A DNA stretch of 64,000 nt from an uncultured cyanobacterium (lineage in GTDB: Bacteria > Cyanobacteriota > Cyanobacteriia > Cyanobacteriales > CAWCAG01): the NCBI GenBank assembly GCA_963803805.1, contig CAWDOD010000006.1, forward strand, positions 128,001 through 192,000, given 5' to 3'. Numbering within the stretch: position 1 is the stretch's first letter; each line of letters starts with the position of its first letter. The position numbers and the translations under genes are program-made. The notes beneath the pieces were generated by a model. That model ran no database searches. It was not told the origin of the DNA and saw only the letters and a list, made by a program, of their open reading frames with translations. This document shows, piece by piece, positions 21,478-31,200 of this stretch.

Positions 21478-22473
21478 GTGGAGCTAATTAGGATTTCATA
21501 TATGCGTAAAAAAATACTCTCTAAAATTAAACCTCTCGTTAAATCTCTCTTCATCTTTGGTTTAGTCGCCATGCTAGCCTTCGGTAATGCTAGCGAAGCC
21601 TTAGCAGCCAGAAGTGGAGGGAGAATTGGCGGTGGTTCTTTCCGTAGCGCACCTCGCAGCCGTACCTATTCTGCTCCCAGAGGGGGAGGCTACGGTGGTC
21701 CCAGAGGTGGCTATGGCTATGGTTATGGGGGAGGATTTGGTTTTCCTTTCTTACTACCATTCTTCGGCTTTGGAGGCTTTGGTAGCCTGTTCTCTATCCT
21801 CATCTTTATTGCGATCGCTAACTTCTTAGTTAAAGCTCTTCGTGGTGGATTTAGCGGTGGCGATGGCGATGGTATTGGCTCTACACTAGGTAGCAGCAAA
21901 ATTTCTGTGGGTAAAGTACAAGTAGGCTTACTAGCTAACGCCCGCGGTTTACAACAGGAACTAGATAAACTAGCCCAAACAGCCGATACTGGTTCGGCCG
22001 CAGGACGTGCTTTAGTTGTTCAAGAAGCAACTCTTTCTTTGTTACGCCATCCGGAATATTGGGTTTATGGTTCCACCCAATCTCAACAAGCTGGTTTAGA
22101 TGCCGCCGAAGCCAAATTTAACCAACTAGCCTTAGCAGAAAGAAGTAAGTTTACAGAAGAAACTATCTCTAATGTTAATGCTCAACTACGCTCAAGCAGT
22201 ACTTCTAACCAAGAAGGAGGCAAGTTGGTTAAGCATGAAGGACAAGACTCTGGGGAATACATTATCGTTACTATTATTGTTGGTGCAGAAGGCAAACTTG
22301 AGCTACCCAAAATTAATAGCAGCGACGATCTACAACAGGCTTTGCGTCAAATCGGAGGTTTAGGTGGCGATCGCCTCTTAGCAGTGGAAGTTCTCTGGAC
22401 TCCCCAAGCTAAAGGAGATACCCTTTCTACCGATGACATCTTAGCTGAGTATCCCGACTTAAAGTTGGTTTAG
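21478..22473 (+). CDS. DUF1517 (FLAP1-like) membrane protein; likely start ATG 21502
   Basis: AARSGGRIGGGSFR, Gly-rich stretch, LLRHPEYW, ERSKFTEET, EVLWTPQ. Confidence 0.88.
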   Translation: MELIRISYMRKKILSKIKPLVKSLFIFGLVAMLAFGNASEALAARSGGRIGGGSFRSAPRSRTYSAPRGGGYGGPRGGYGYGYGGGFGFPFLLPFFGFGGFGSLFSILIFIAIANFLVKALRGGFSGGDGDGIGSTLGSSKISVGKVQVGLLANARGLQQELDKLAQTADTGSAAGRALVVQEATLSLLRHPEYWVYGSTQSQQAGLDAAEAKFNQLALAERSKFTEETISNVNAQLRSSSTSNQEGGKLVKHEGQDSGEYIIVTIIVGAEGKLELPKINSSDDLQQALRQIGGLGGDRLLAVEVLWTPQAKGDTLSTDDILAEYPDLKLV

Positions 22474-22496
22474 GTGAAACAAACATAACTAATTTT

Positions 22497-22537
22497 AGCG
22501 ATCACATTTTTATTGAGAGGTGTGATCGCTTCTTCTT
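22497..22537 (+). terminator. Hairpin after the DUF1517 gene
   Basis: AGCGATCACA...TGTGATCGCT inverted repeat followed by TCTTCTT. Confidence 0.45.
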
Positions 22538-22640
22538 ATCCAATAGAGAACAGGGAACAGTGTATCCTTTACCTATCACCTATTACCAGAAGTATTGAAT
22601 GATAGTAAAAAAAGGAATAGTTTTTTACTGATTACTTATC

Positions 22641-23561
22641 ATGAAAAAAATCCCCCCAAGAGGTCACCTCTTAACAGAACAGAATAATCCTCAAAGCCAC
22701 AATCTAGACCAACTTACTTCTTTAGAAATAGTAGACCTTTTTAATCAAGAAGATCAACAGACTATCGAAGCGATCGCTCAAAGTCGGACTCAGTTGGCAG
22801 AAACTATAGACATCACCGCAAAGGCTTTAAGAAAAGGAGGGAGGCTATTTTACGTTGGGGCTGGTACTAGTGGGCGTTTAGGGGTCTTAGACGCAGCAGA
22901 ATGCCCCCCCACCTTTTGTACTCCCCCAGAAATGGTACAAGGGATTATTGCTGGAGGTGCGGCTGCTTTGGTACGTAGTTCCGAAGCCCTTGAAGATAAA
23001 CCGCAGGATGGGGCAGAAGCGATCGCTCGTTGTCAGGTAAATGAATTAGATGTTGTTATTGGTATAACGGCTGGGGGAACAACTCCTTATGTTCATGGTG
23101 CTTTGCAAGCAGCCAAAGAAAGGGGGGCCGCAAGTATTTTTATTGCTTGTGTTCCGGCAAATCAAGTTTCTAGTGATGCCAATATCGATATTCGCCTTTT
23201 AGTTGGTCCAGAAATTTTAGCAGGTTCAACGCGACTAAAAGCAGGAACCGTCACCAAAATGGCTCTAAACATCATCTCTACGGGGGTAATGGTTAAGTTA
23301 GGGAAAGTTTACGGCAATCGCATGGTAGATGTATCTGTAACTAATAGTAAACTCCTCGACCGTTCCCTACGCATTATCCAAGACTTAACAGACTTAACCA
23401 CTGAAGAAGCCTATAACTTACTAGAAGATAGCGAAAAACAAGTTAAATTAGCTTTGCTTAGGCATTGGACTAGGTTAAAAAAGGAAGAAGGGAAGATTTT
23501 ACTAGAACAAAATCAAGGTAATCTGAGAGCAGCATTAAACTCTTCAACCTCAAAATCCTAA
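22641..23561 (+). CDS. murQ: N-acetylmuramic acid 6-phosphate etherase
   Basis: GAGTSGRLGVLDAAECPPTF and GPEILAGSTRLKAGT. Confidence 0.96.
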   Translation: MKKIPPRGHLLTEQNNPQSHNLDQLTSLEIVDLFNQEDQQTIEAIAQSRTQLAETIDITAKALRKGGRLFYVGAGTSGRLGVLDAAECPPTFCTPPEMVQGIIAGGAAALVRSSEALEDKPQDGAEAIARCQVNELDVVIGITAGGTTPYVHGALQAAKERGAASIFIACVPANQVSSDANIDIRLLVGPEILAGSTRLKAGTVTKMALNIISTGVMVKLGKVYGNRMVDVSVTNSKLLDRSLRIIQDLTDLTTEEAYNLLEDSEKQVKLALLRHWTRLKKEEGKILLEQNQGNLRAALNSSTSKS

Positions 23562-23586
23562 AAAAACGGCACTAAAATCACCAACC

Positions 23587-25110
23587 ATGTTTACTGCATC
23601 TGATACCACAGCAACGTTTCTCATTGTCCTCTTTGCCTTGGGTATTTTGGCTTGGGGATATAATAGGGCTAGACCTTATGGCAAATTAGGGGTAATTGCC
23701 TGGTTACAGTCAGTGATACTCATGGCTCCTTGGCTAATTTTTTTCAGCTTATTTGCGGCGGGGATTTATCTCAACATTGTTGCTATTCTGCTTCTACTAT
23801 TTATATCTGTAGGAATTTATATCTATTTAGGCAGAAAGTTAAGGGCAGAAGGTCAAGAAGCGATGTTGCGAGAACGAGCTTCTCGGAGATTAAAAGAACA
23901 AGAAGAAGTCACCTCAACCCCACAACCTACTGATACCTTCTCGGCTGCAAAAGAGTCCACAGAAGGGGAGTTCACTCCAGAAATCATTCCCATCCCGGAA
24001 GAGGATCTCAACATTATTAGAGGCATTTTCGGCATTGATACTTTCTTCGCTACAGAAACAATTCCTTACCAAGAAGGGGCTATTTTCAAAGGAAATTTAC
24101 GAGGAGAACCAGAAGAAGCCCATTCTCGCTTATCTACTAACTTAAAAAACTTGCTGGGAGATAAATATCGCCTCTTTTTAGTAGAAAGTCCTGAAGGTAA
24201 ACCAACAATTATTGTTCTGCCTAGCAGCAATGATCCTCAACCCAGTACCACAGCCCAAAAATTTCTCGCTTTAGCGCTTTTTATTGTTACCATCGCCACT
24301 ACTTTAGAAGCCGCAGGCTTACTATTGAGTTTCGACTTATTTAGCAATATAAGCCGCCTGGGAGAAGCCTTACCCTTAAGCCTGGGGATTTTAGGATTAC
24401 TTGCAGCCCATGAAATTGGTCATCTCGTTGCGGCTAGACGTTACAACGTGCGGCTTAGTTTCCCTTTTTTGATTCCTAGCTGGCAAATTGGTTCTTTTGG
24501 GGCAATTACTCGTTTTGAATCTTTACTGGCCAATCGTACAGTTCTTTTTGACATTGCCTTAGCTGGACCAGCCACTGGGGGGATAGTTTCTTTACTAATG
24601 TTAGTCACTGGTTTAATTCTTTCCCATCCCGGCAGTCTTTTCCAGCTACCTAGCCAATTTTTTCAACAATCGGTATTGGTAGGAACTTTAGCCAAAGCTA
24701 TTTTAGGTTCAGCATTACAAGAACCTTTAGTTGATATTCATCCCTTAACTATAATTGGTTGGCTAGGCTTGGTGATTACAGCCTTGAATTTAATACCTGC
24801 TGGACAGTTAGACGGGGGCAGGATTGTTCAAGCAATTTATGGTCGCAAAATAGCAAGGCGTACCACCATCGCCGCTTTAGTTATTTTGGGCATAGTCGCT
24901 TTAGTTAATCCTGTGAATCCTATTCCTCTGTATTGGGCAATTTTAATTCTGTTTTTACAACGAGATTTAGAACGTCCTAGTCTCAATGAATTAACTGAAC
25001 CAGACGACGCTAGGGCAGCATTAGGCTTACTAGCTTTGTTTTTGATGTTAACTGCTTTGATTCCTTTAACTCCTAGTTTGGCAGGAGGTTTGGGAATTGG
25101 TGGATTTTGA
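23587..25110 (+). CDS. Site-2 protease (M50, EGY-like) membrane metalloprotease
   Basis: HEIGH zinc motif, NLIPAGQLDGG, GNLRG, multiple TM segments. Confidence 0.92.
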   Translation: MFTASDTTATFLIVLFALGILAWGYNRARPYGKLGVIAWLQSVILMAPWLIFFSLFAAGIYLNIVAILLLLFISVGIYIYLGRKLRAEGQEAMLRERASRRLKEQEEVTSTPQPTDTFSAAKESTEGEFTPEIIPIPEEDLNIIRGIFGIDTFFATETIPYQEGAIFKGNLRGEPEEAHSRLSTNLKNLLGDKYRLFLVESPEGKPTIIVLPSSNDPQPSTTAQKFLALALFIVTIATTLEAAGLLLSFDLFSNISRLGEALPLSLGILGLLAAHEIGHLVAARRYNVRLSFPFLIPSWQIGSFGAITRFESLLANRTVLFDIALAGPATGGIVSLLMLVTGLILSHPGSLFQLPSQFFQQSVLVGTLAKAILGSALQEPLVDIHPLTIIGWLGLVITALNLIPAGQLDGGRIVQAIYGRKIARRTTIAALVILGIVALVNPVNPIPLYWAILILFLQRDLERPSLNELTEPDDARAALGLLALFLMLTALIPLTPSLAGGLGIGGF

Positions 25111-25318
25111 TTTTAAGTTTACAAAGCCTTTTTAACTATTAATACCTCTATCTTGAGTTATGATTTTTAACGAAAGTGCGATTACCTAAATGACTCATAG
25201 ATCATTTCAAGTTCGCTCTTGTCGCTCACAACTTGATTTAAAGTAGTACGGAGCGTAGAAAGTTATAGACTACTCAAGCTGGAATGATTCAATTGCTAAG
25301 CATTTCTTTAACTCAGAA

Positions 25319-27250
25319 ATGCCTGATTCTACTGTTCATTTATACGTGACAGAAGAACTAATTAACGACCTTGGTAAAGAACAAGAAGTTGACTGTCAAA
25401 ATTTTATTAAGACTATTAAAAGGTCTGTCGGGGAAAGAGGAATCTGCCAAAAAGCTTTAGATAGTTGGGATGATTGGAAATACAGACAATCAAGACGAGG
25501 ATATCCTCCCTATATCGGCTATTTATCACTATTTGTACTTGCAGCAGGAATTGAGGGAGAAGAGTTTGCAGAGAATGCCTATTATCCTCGTTTGAGAGAA
25601 CTTTTAGGAGAAGAAGCCAAGACAGGGCAGTATCCTCATTTTGATGAAATGCGTCAACTATGGGAAGATTTGGAAAGGTGGTCAAGGGAAGATAAAAACG
25701 GCAAGTGGGGAATTTTCAATTGCTTAACAGTTGGCAAAAATCATCATATAGGTTTACCATTAGCGCAAACATTACTTTCTGAAAAAGAACGCAAATGCCT
25801 ACCTAATTTTTTTGCGGAAGCAGGCTTAGATTCAGATAGTTCTGTTTCAGAACAAGCAATAACGTTTTTACTATTAAAACACGGTAAAAGTTTTCTTCGC
25901 CAGTGTAATCAAAGGCTTTTAGAAAATAATAAACATGAAGATTTACGCCAAGCTTTAATAGAAAGGGTAGTTGAAGAGTTAGAAGTTTGGGATGGTACTT
26001 TCCAAGAAACTGAAGCAGAAGAAAGGAAATATTCAGGAACATTAAGGCTATGTTTTCAACTGGATACAGTAGCACAAAAAGTTAGCATGAACCTCCGTTG
26101 CTACACTAAATCTGAATTTCCTGAAGAGGGGTTACAGTTAAAAATAGATGACCAACCTCAAAAATTTGACTGTGAAGAATATGACAGTGAATGGTCTTCA
26201 GTAATTCAAAATATTAATACTACTGACCTAAATTGGGAACAAGATTTAAGAATGCAATCAAGGGATGGTAAATGGCAATTTAGGCTAAAACCATCACCAA
26301 TTCGTTTTTTTGTTAGTGGAGAAGCACAGGGATTACCCGGGTTAATTGAAATCTCTCAAATTCCTCAGAATCAGTCTTTTTATATTACCGCTAAAGCTGA
26401 AGAAACTGAATTAATAGAAGAGTGGGGAAAATCTCAATGTCAAGGTTACGAAGAACTCTTTGATTTTCAAGGTTTACCAAAAAGTTGGCATTTATTTAAG
26501 GTTAATTTAGCTCAAAGTGATGAGTTATTGAGTAAGACTCATCCATCTTTATCGTGGACAAAAAAGGTTAGGCTCAACTTTGTGGGAGGTTTACGTTTAG
26601 GAAAAGGTAATAAATTCTTTGATTTTGCCCCTCCTCAACTTAGATTAGAAGGTAATACTAATTCCCGACAAATTTTAGTTGATAGTCAATCTTTACATAA
26701 AAAGAAGTTTGGATTGTATCAACTTCCAGGGGAATTACCGAAAAATACTAAAATTAACATAGGAGTTTGTCAGGATAATGAGATTATCAAAACTAAATCG
26801 TTAACTTTACTAGAAAGTTACATCTTGCCTCATAATTATGATTTGAAACTAGATTGCTTGGGTAACGAAGCTGACAAAGCTGAATATGTGAATGGGGCTA
26901 TTGTAAAAAAAATAAATATTCCTCCGTTTAATTTTAATACCTTACTTCCTGTACAAGGAAAACAAAGAATTACTTTACTTGGTTCTGAAGTAGGACAAAT
27001 TGCTAATGCAACGGAAGAGATTGATTGGTCGCCTGTCTGGGCTGTTGCTATATCCCGCAAAGGTCAAGCTATATTTTGTGGTGATAAGATCAAAAATTCT
27101 CAACCCATAACTCATACTTGCACAAATAAAAAACAAAGAAAACAATGGAAAGATATTTTATGGACTAAACGCAAAAGAATTACACCTCCTCACAATCGTA
27201 AACAAAGAGAACTTTGGTATCAATATCAACAGGAAGCTAAGGGTGTTTAA
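25319..27250 (+). CDS. Hypothetical protein, first gene of a Druantia-like locus (DruC-like by size and position); frame is open upstream to 25259
   Basis: 643-aa ORF (PPYIGYLSLFVLAA, AYYPRLRELLG, LWEDLERWS); its stop overlaps the next start. Confidence 0.55.
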   Translation: MPDSTVHLYVTEELINDLGKEQEVDCQNFIKTIKRSVGERGICQKALDSWDDWKYRQSRRGYPPYIGYLSLFVLAAGIEGEEFAENAYYPRLRELLGEEAKTGQYPHFDEMRQLWEDLERWSREDKNGKWGIFNCLTVGKNHHIGLPLAQTLLSEKERKCLPNFFAEAGLDSDSSVSEQAITFLLLKHGKSFLRQCNQRLLENNKHEDLRQALIERVVEELEVWDGTFQETEAEERKYSGTLRLCFQLDTVAQKVSMNLRCYTKSEFPEEGLQLKIDDQPQKFDCEEYDSEWSSVIQNINTTDLNWEQDLRMQSRDGKWQFRLKPSPIRFFVSGEAQGLPGLIEISQIPQNQSFYITAKAEETELIEEWGKSQCQGYEELFDFQGLPKSWHLFKVNLAQSDELLSKTHPSLSWTKKVRLNFVGGLRLGKGNKFFDFAPPQLRLEGNTNSRQILVDSQSLHKKKFGLYQLPGELPKNTKINIGVCQDNEIIKTKSLTLLESYILPHNYDLKLDCLGNEADKAEYVNGAIVKKINIPPFNFNTLLPVQGKQRITLLGSEVGQIANATEEIDWSPVWAVAISRKGQAIFCGDKIKNSQPITHTCTNKKQRKQWKDILWTKRKRITPPHNRKQRELWYQYQQEAKGV

Positions 27251-28235
27251 TCATAGCGATATTTTACTTTACGCAGTATCTACCAAGCAGGCAATGTCTT
27301 GGTCTTCTTTTAAAAAAGCATTCAGCGAACTATCAAAACAAAATATAGATAGTAGTCGTTTAGAGTCGGAAGAAGTAGGAAAATCTAGAAATCAAACTAG
27401 ACGTTACTTAAGTGCCTTGGCACACTGCGAATTTATCTTTAATAATGATGGTAAGGGTCAAGTTTATGGTTGTTCTCCAACTTTAGCGAGAATACCTTCT
27501 TTGGGCTTTCCTCAAGCTATTTTAACAGGAGTGCGATCGCAACAAACTCTAAAACAGTTACAACAGATTTGCAAATCTAAAAATATTCATCTAGAACAAA
27601 CAAAACAGCCAGGTAAATTGCCATTAATTCCTACTCGTATAGCCGTACAAGCAGAAGATATCAGCGAATTGCAACAACTAGCTGATTCTCTCAGATTTAC
27701 TTTTTTAGAAAATCCTCCTGCTTGGTCAATTAGTTACTTTTCTGCCTCTCTACAAGATTATCAACAAAGTTTAACTTGGTTACAACCAACAGAACTTGAT
27801 CAGGAAAAACAGATATTTAATCTTAAAAACCTTAAATTTCAAAGTAATTCAGCAAATAGTCGTATTTCTCTAAGACAATATACTCATCCCAAAAAGAACA
27901 CTAAAGTTTACTATTTATGGCAAGGGCAAAAAAATGTAGAAGTAGACTTGGCATGGGGGAGATATATTTTTCTTAAGGAAACTAATAAAAATCTTCTTAC
28001 CTACGATGCTAAAAAATTCCTGCTTGCAGTTCCAGTAGCAGCAAAACTTCCCAAACTTTTTGATCGGGCATTAACTCTGTGTTCAGGCTATATTCCTAGA
28101 TTCGTTGAAAAAATACCCAAAATTGACAAAAATATTTACGGCTTTGATTTATATCAATCTGTACCACCGCAAATTGCTCAAATGATTGCCCAAAAACTAG
28201 GTCAAACTCTCAACTCAAAATCTCTAACCATCTAA
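27243..28235 (+). CDS. Hypothetical protein, second gene of the Druantia-like locus (DruD-like by size and position)
   Basis: 330 aa; GTG start overlaps the previous gene by 8 nt; LSALAHCEF, LTGVRS, LFDRALTLCSGYIP. Confidence 0.55.
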   Translation: MFNHSDILLYAVSTKQAMSWSSFKKAFSELSKQNIDSSRLESEEVGKSRNQTRRYLSALAHCEFIFNNDGKGQVYGCSPTLARIPSLGFPQAILTGVRSQQTLKQLQQICKSKNIHLEQTKQPGKLPLIPTRIAVQAEDISELQQLADSLRFTFLENPPAWSISYFSASLQDYQQSLTWLQPTELDQEKQIFNLKNLKFQSNSANSRISLRQYTHPKKNTKVYYLWQGQKNVEVDLAWGRYIFLKETNKNLLTYDAKKFLLAVPVAAKLPKLFDRALTLCSGYIPRFVEKIPKIDKNIYGFDLYQSVPPQIAQMIAQKLGQTLNSKSLTI

Positions 28236-28244
28236 AACTAAATT

Positions 28245-31200
28245 ATGTATGACCCCATCGGCGCATTTGAAACTATCCGCGATAATTTTTTGCTGTACAT
28301 CAAAACAGCTTTTGGTACGAGGTTTCCTGAGATAGAAGAGGAAAGGGAAAAGCTGCTACGGGAACCAGGAGAGTTGAATAAACCGGGAGTATTTCATCAG
28401 GAACCTTGGATAGAACCATTGCCACAATACGAAACTTCGGGGAAGAAAATTCAGCAGTTAACTATTAAAAATACTCCAAAGTTGGATGAGGAAACTTTAA
28501 AAGAGTTTCAAGAATTAGCAGCTTGTGGCTTGATGGGAAACTATCAATTATATACGCACCAATTAGAAATGTTGCGTAAAAGTTTATCTGGGCAAGATGT
28601 GGTTGTAACTGCGGGTACTGGTTCGGGTAAAACGGAATCTTTCCTCTTACCTTTGTTTGCCTATCTAACTAAAGAATCTCAAAATTGGCAGCCTCCAAGG
28701 GAAGAAGATCCCCATCTTAATGATTGGTGGAGTAATCAAGATTGGCAAGATAAATGCAATCCAAAAGTGAACACAAGGCATTCATTTAAGCGTTCTTATC
28801 GAGTATCTCAAAGAGGACATGAAACTAGAGATGCTGCTGTTAGGGCGATAATTTTGTATCCCATGAATGCTTTAGTAGAAGATCAACTTACGCGACTACG
28901 CAAGGCTTTAGATTCTCCTCAAGCTAGGGAATGGTTAAGAAAAAATAGAACAGGAAACCGTATTTATTTTGGTCGATATAACGGCGTGACTCCTGTACCA
29001 GGACATGAAAACAAAGAAACTGGTAAATCAAATAAAAAAAAGAAACCAGATAAAAAAAAGATAGACAACCTTTTAAAAGCGATGCAGCAGATGGAAGAGT
29101 CTGCAAATGCTGCTGAACAATATGGAGAAGAAAAAGGTGATAAGGAAGTTAGGTTTTTCTTCCCTCGCTTGGATGGCTCAGAAATGCGCTGCCGTTGGGA
29201 TATGCAAGATGCACCCCCCGATATTCTCATTACTAACTACAGTATGTTGAGTATCATGCTGATGCGAGATGTAGATAAAGAAATATTCGCCAAGACAAAA
29301 GCATGGTTAGAAAAGCCTGAGAGTATTTTCCATCTTATTGTTGATGAACTACACCTTTATCGAGGTACTCAAGGTACAGAAGTTGCCTATTTACTAAGAC
29401 TTTTTCTGCAACGTTTAGGTCTTTATCCTGGTCATCCCAAATTAAGGGTATTAGCTTCTAGTGCTTCTCTTGAACCTGATGATGAGCAAAGTTTAAAGTT
29501 TTTATCAGAGTTTTTTGGTACTAACTGGAAGCCGGAACAAATTATACCAGGCAAACAGAAAGAGATCCCCGCTATTCAAGAACAAGATGTCTTAGATAGT
29601 CAAATTTTTATTGATTTAGTTGAGGAAAAAGAACGAAGTAGTAATTTAGAAGAGTTAAAAGCATCGCCTCAATATAAAAAGTGTGCAGAGTTTGTTGAAT
29701 CTCACCAAGATAACGTGATTGCAAGAATGTTGAATGCTTGCCGCGATAAAGAGAAGAATCAAACTCGCGCTGTATCTTTTACTCAATTTGCTAAAGGCAT
29801 ATTCACTCAAGAATTGGAAACTGAGAAAATCAAAAAAGCAGCAAGAGGACTATTAATTACCAGAGGTATATCAGCAAGTAATCTTTTACCCTCTTTTCGA
29901 TTACATTTATTCTTCCGCAACATTGAAGGCTTGTGGGCTTGTCCCCAGCCCTGTGAAGAAAGTGAAGTAAATCAAAAAGCCCCTGTAAGTGAACTTTTTG
30001 TTAAAAATCCTCCCATACGTCATGATAACAATCGTGTCTTAGAACTGTTATTGTGCGAACAATGTGGCACAGTTTTTTTTGGCGGCAGTCGTCTTGAGTT
30101 AGAAAACAACCAAGGTTGGGAACTATTACCTGTAGAACCAAATATTGAAGTCATACCAGATAGGCAAGTTGGTAGATTTTTAGAACAAAGAACTTATCAA
30201 GAATACGCTATTTTTTGGCCCTACAGAAATATTCATACAGAAGCTAAAAAAGAATGGAAACAACCCAATAGTCAAGTAAAAGTAAGTTGGAAAAAAGCTT
30301 ACTTAGATGTAAATAGTAGTGAAGTAAAATTAGGTAATCCAGAAGATAGGCAAAACAATACAATTAAAGGTTATATATTTAATGCCAAGAAAGAAGCAAA
30401 CATAAGCGCACAGCCTTCAATTTGTCCTTGTTGTGCTGTAAATTATGGAAAACGTACATATTTAAAATCTTCTATTCGGGGTTTTCGTACAGGTTTTTCT
30501 AAGGTTAGCCAGTTATTTTCTAAAGAACTTTTTTATCAGTTACCTGAAGGTGAAGAAAGCCGTAAATTAGTAGTATTTTCTGATAGTAGGGAAAATGCAG
30601 CTTCTTTATCTAACGGCATGGAAAGAAGTCACTATAGTGATTTGATTCGTGAAGCAATATTTTATGAACTAGAACAGTTAGCTATAGGGCAGCCAAGTCT
30701 ATTAGAAGATATTAAACAGTATGGCGAACCTAAAACTGCCGAAGCATTTGAATTTGCGAAACTTTATCCTGATATCCCTAAAAAAATTGAAAAGAATTTA
30801 AAGCGTATATCTCGACCTTTACCAGAAGGTTTAGACCCTGAAGAATTAGAAGATTTACGTGAACTAAAAAACCGATCGCAAAATTTTATCAGAAATATAG
30901 AAAAAATAGGCGAAACTCATACAGTTCCCCTTAAAGTCATGCTGGAAGGAAATAAGGAAGTCCCTGGACAGCTAATTCAAAGATTAGTAAATTTAGGCGT
31001 TAATCCTGCTGGTTATGACCTTTACTCCCAAGAATATAAATATGAAGGCAGAACTTATAACTGGACTCATTTCTTTGACTTTGATTCTAATTCTTTGCAA
31101 TGGAAAGATTTATCTAGTCAAGAATTAGATATTCGCGACAGAAAAATACTAGAAAAGCTTAAATCTGAAGTATGTTCAATCTTTTTTAGTCGCTTGTTTT

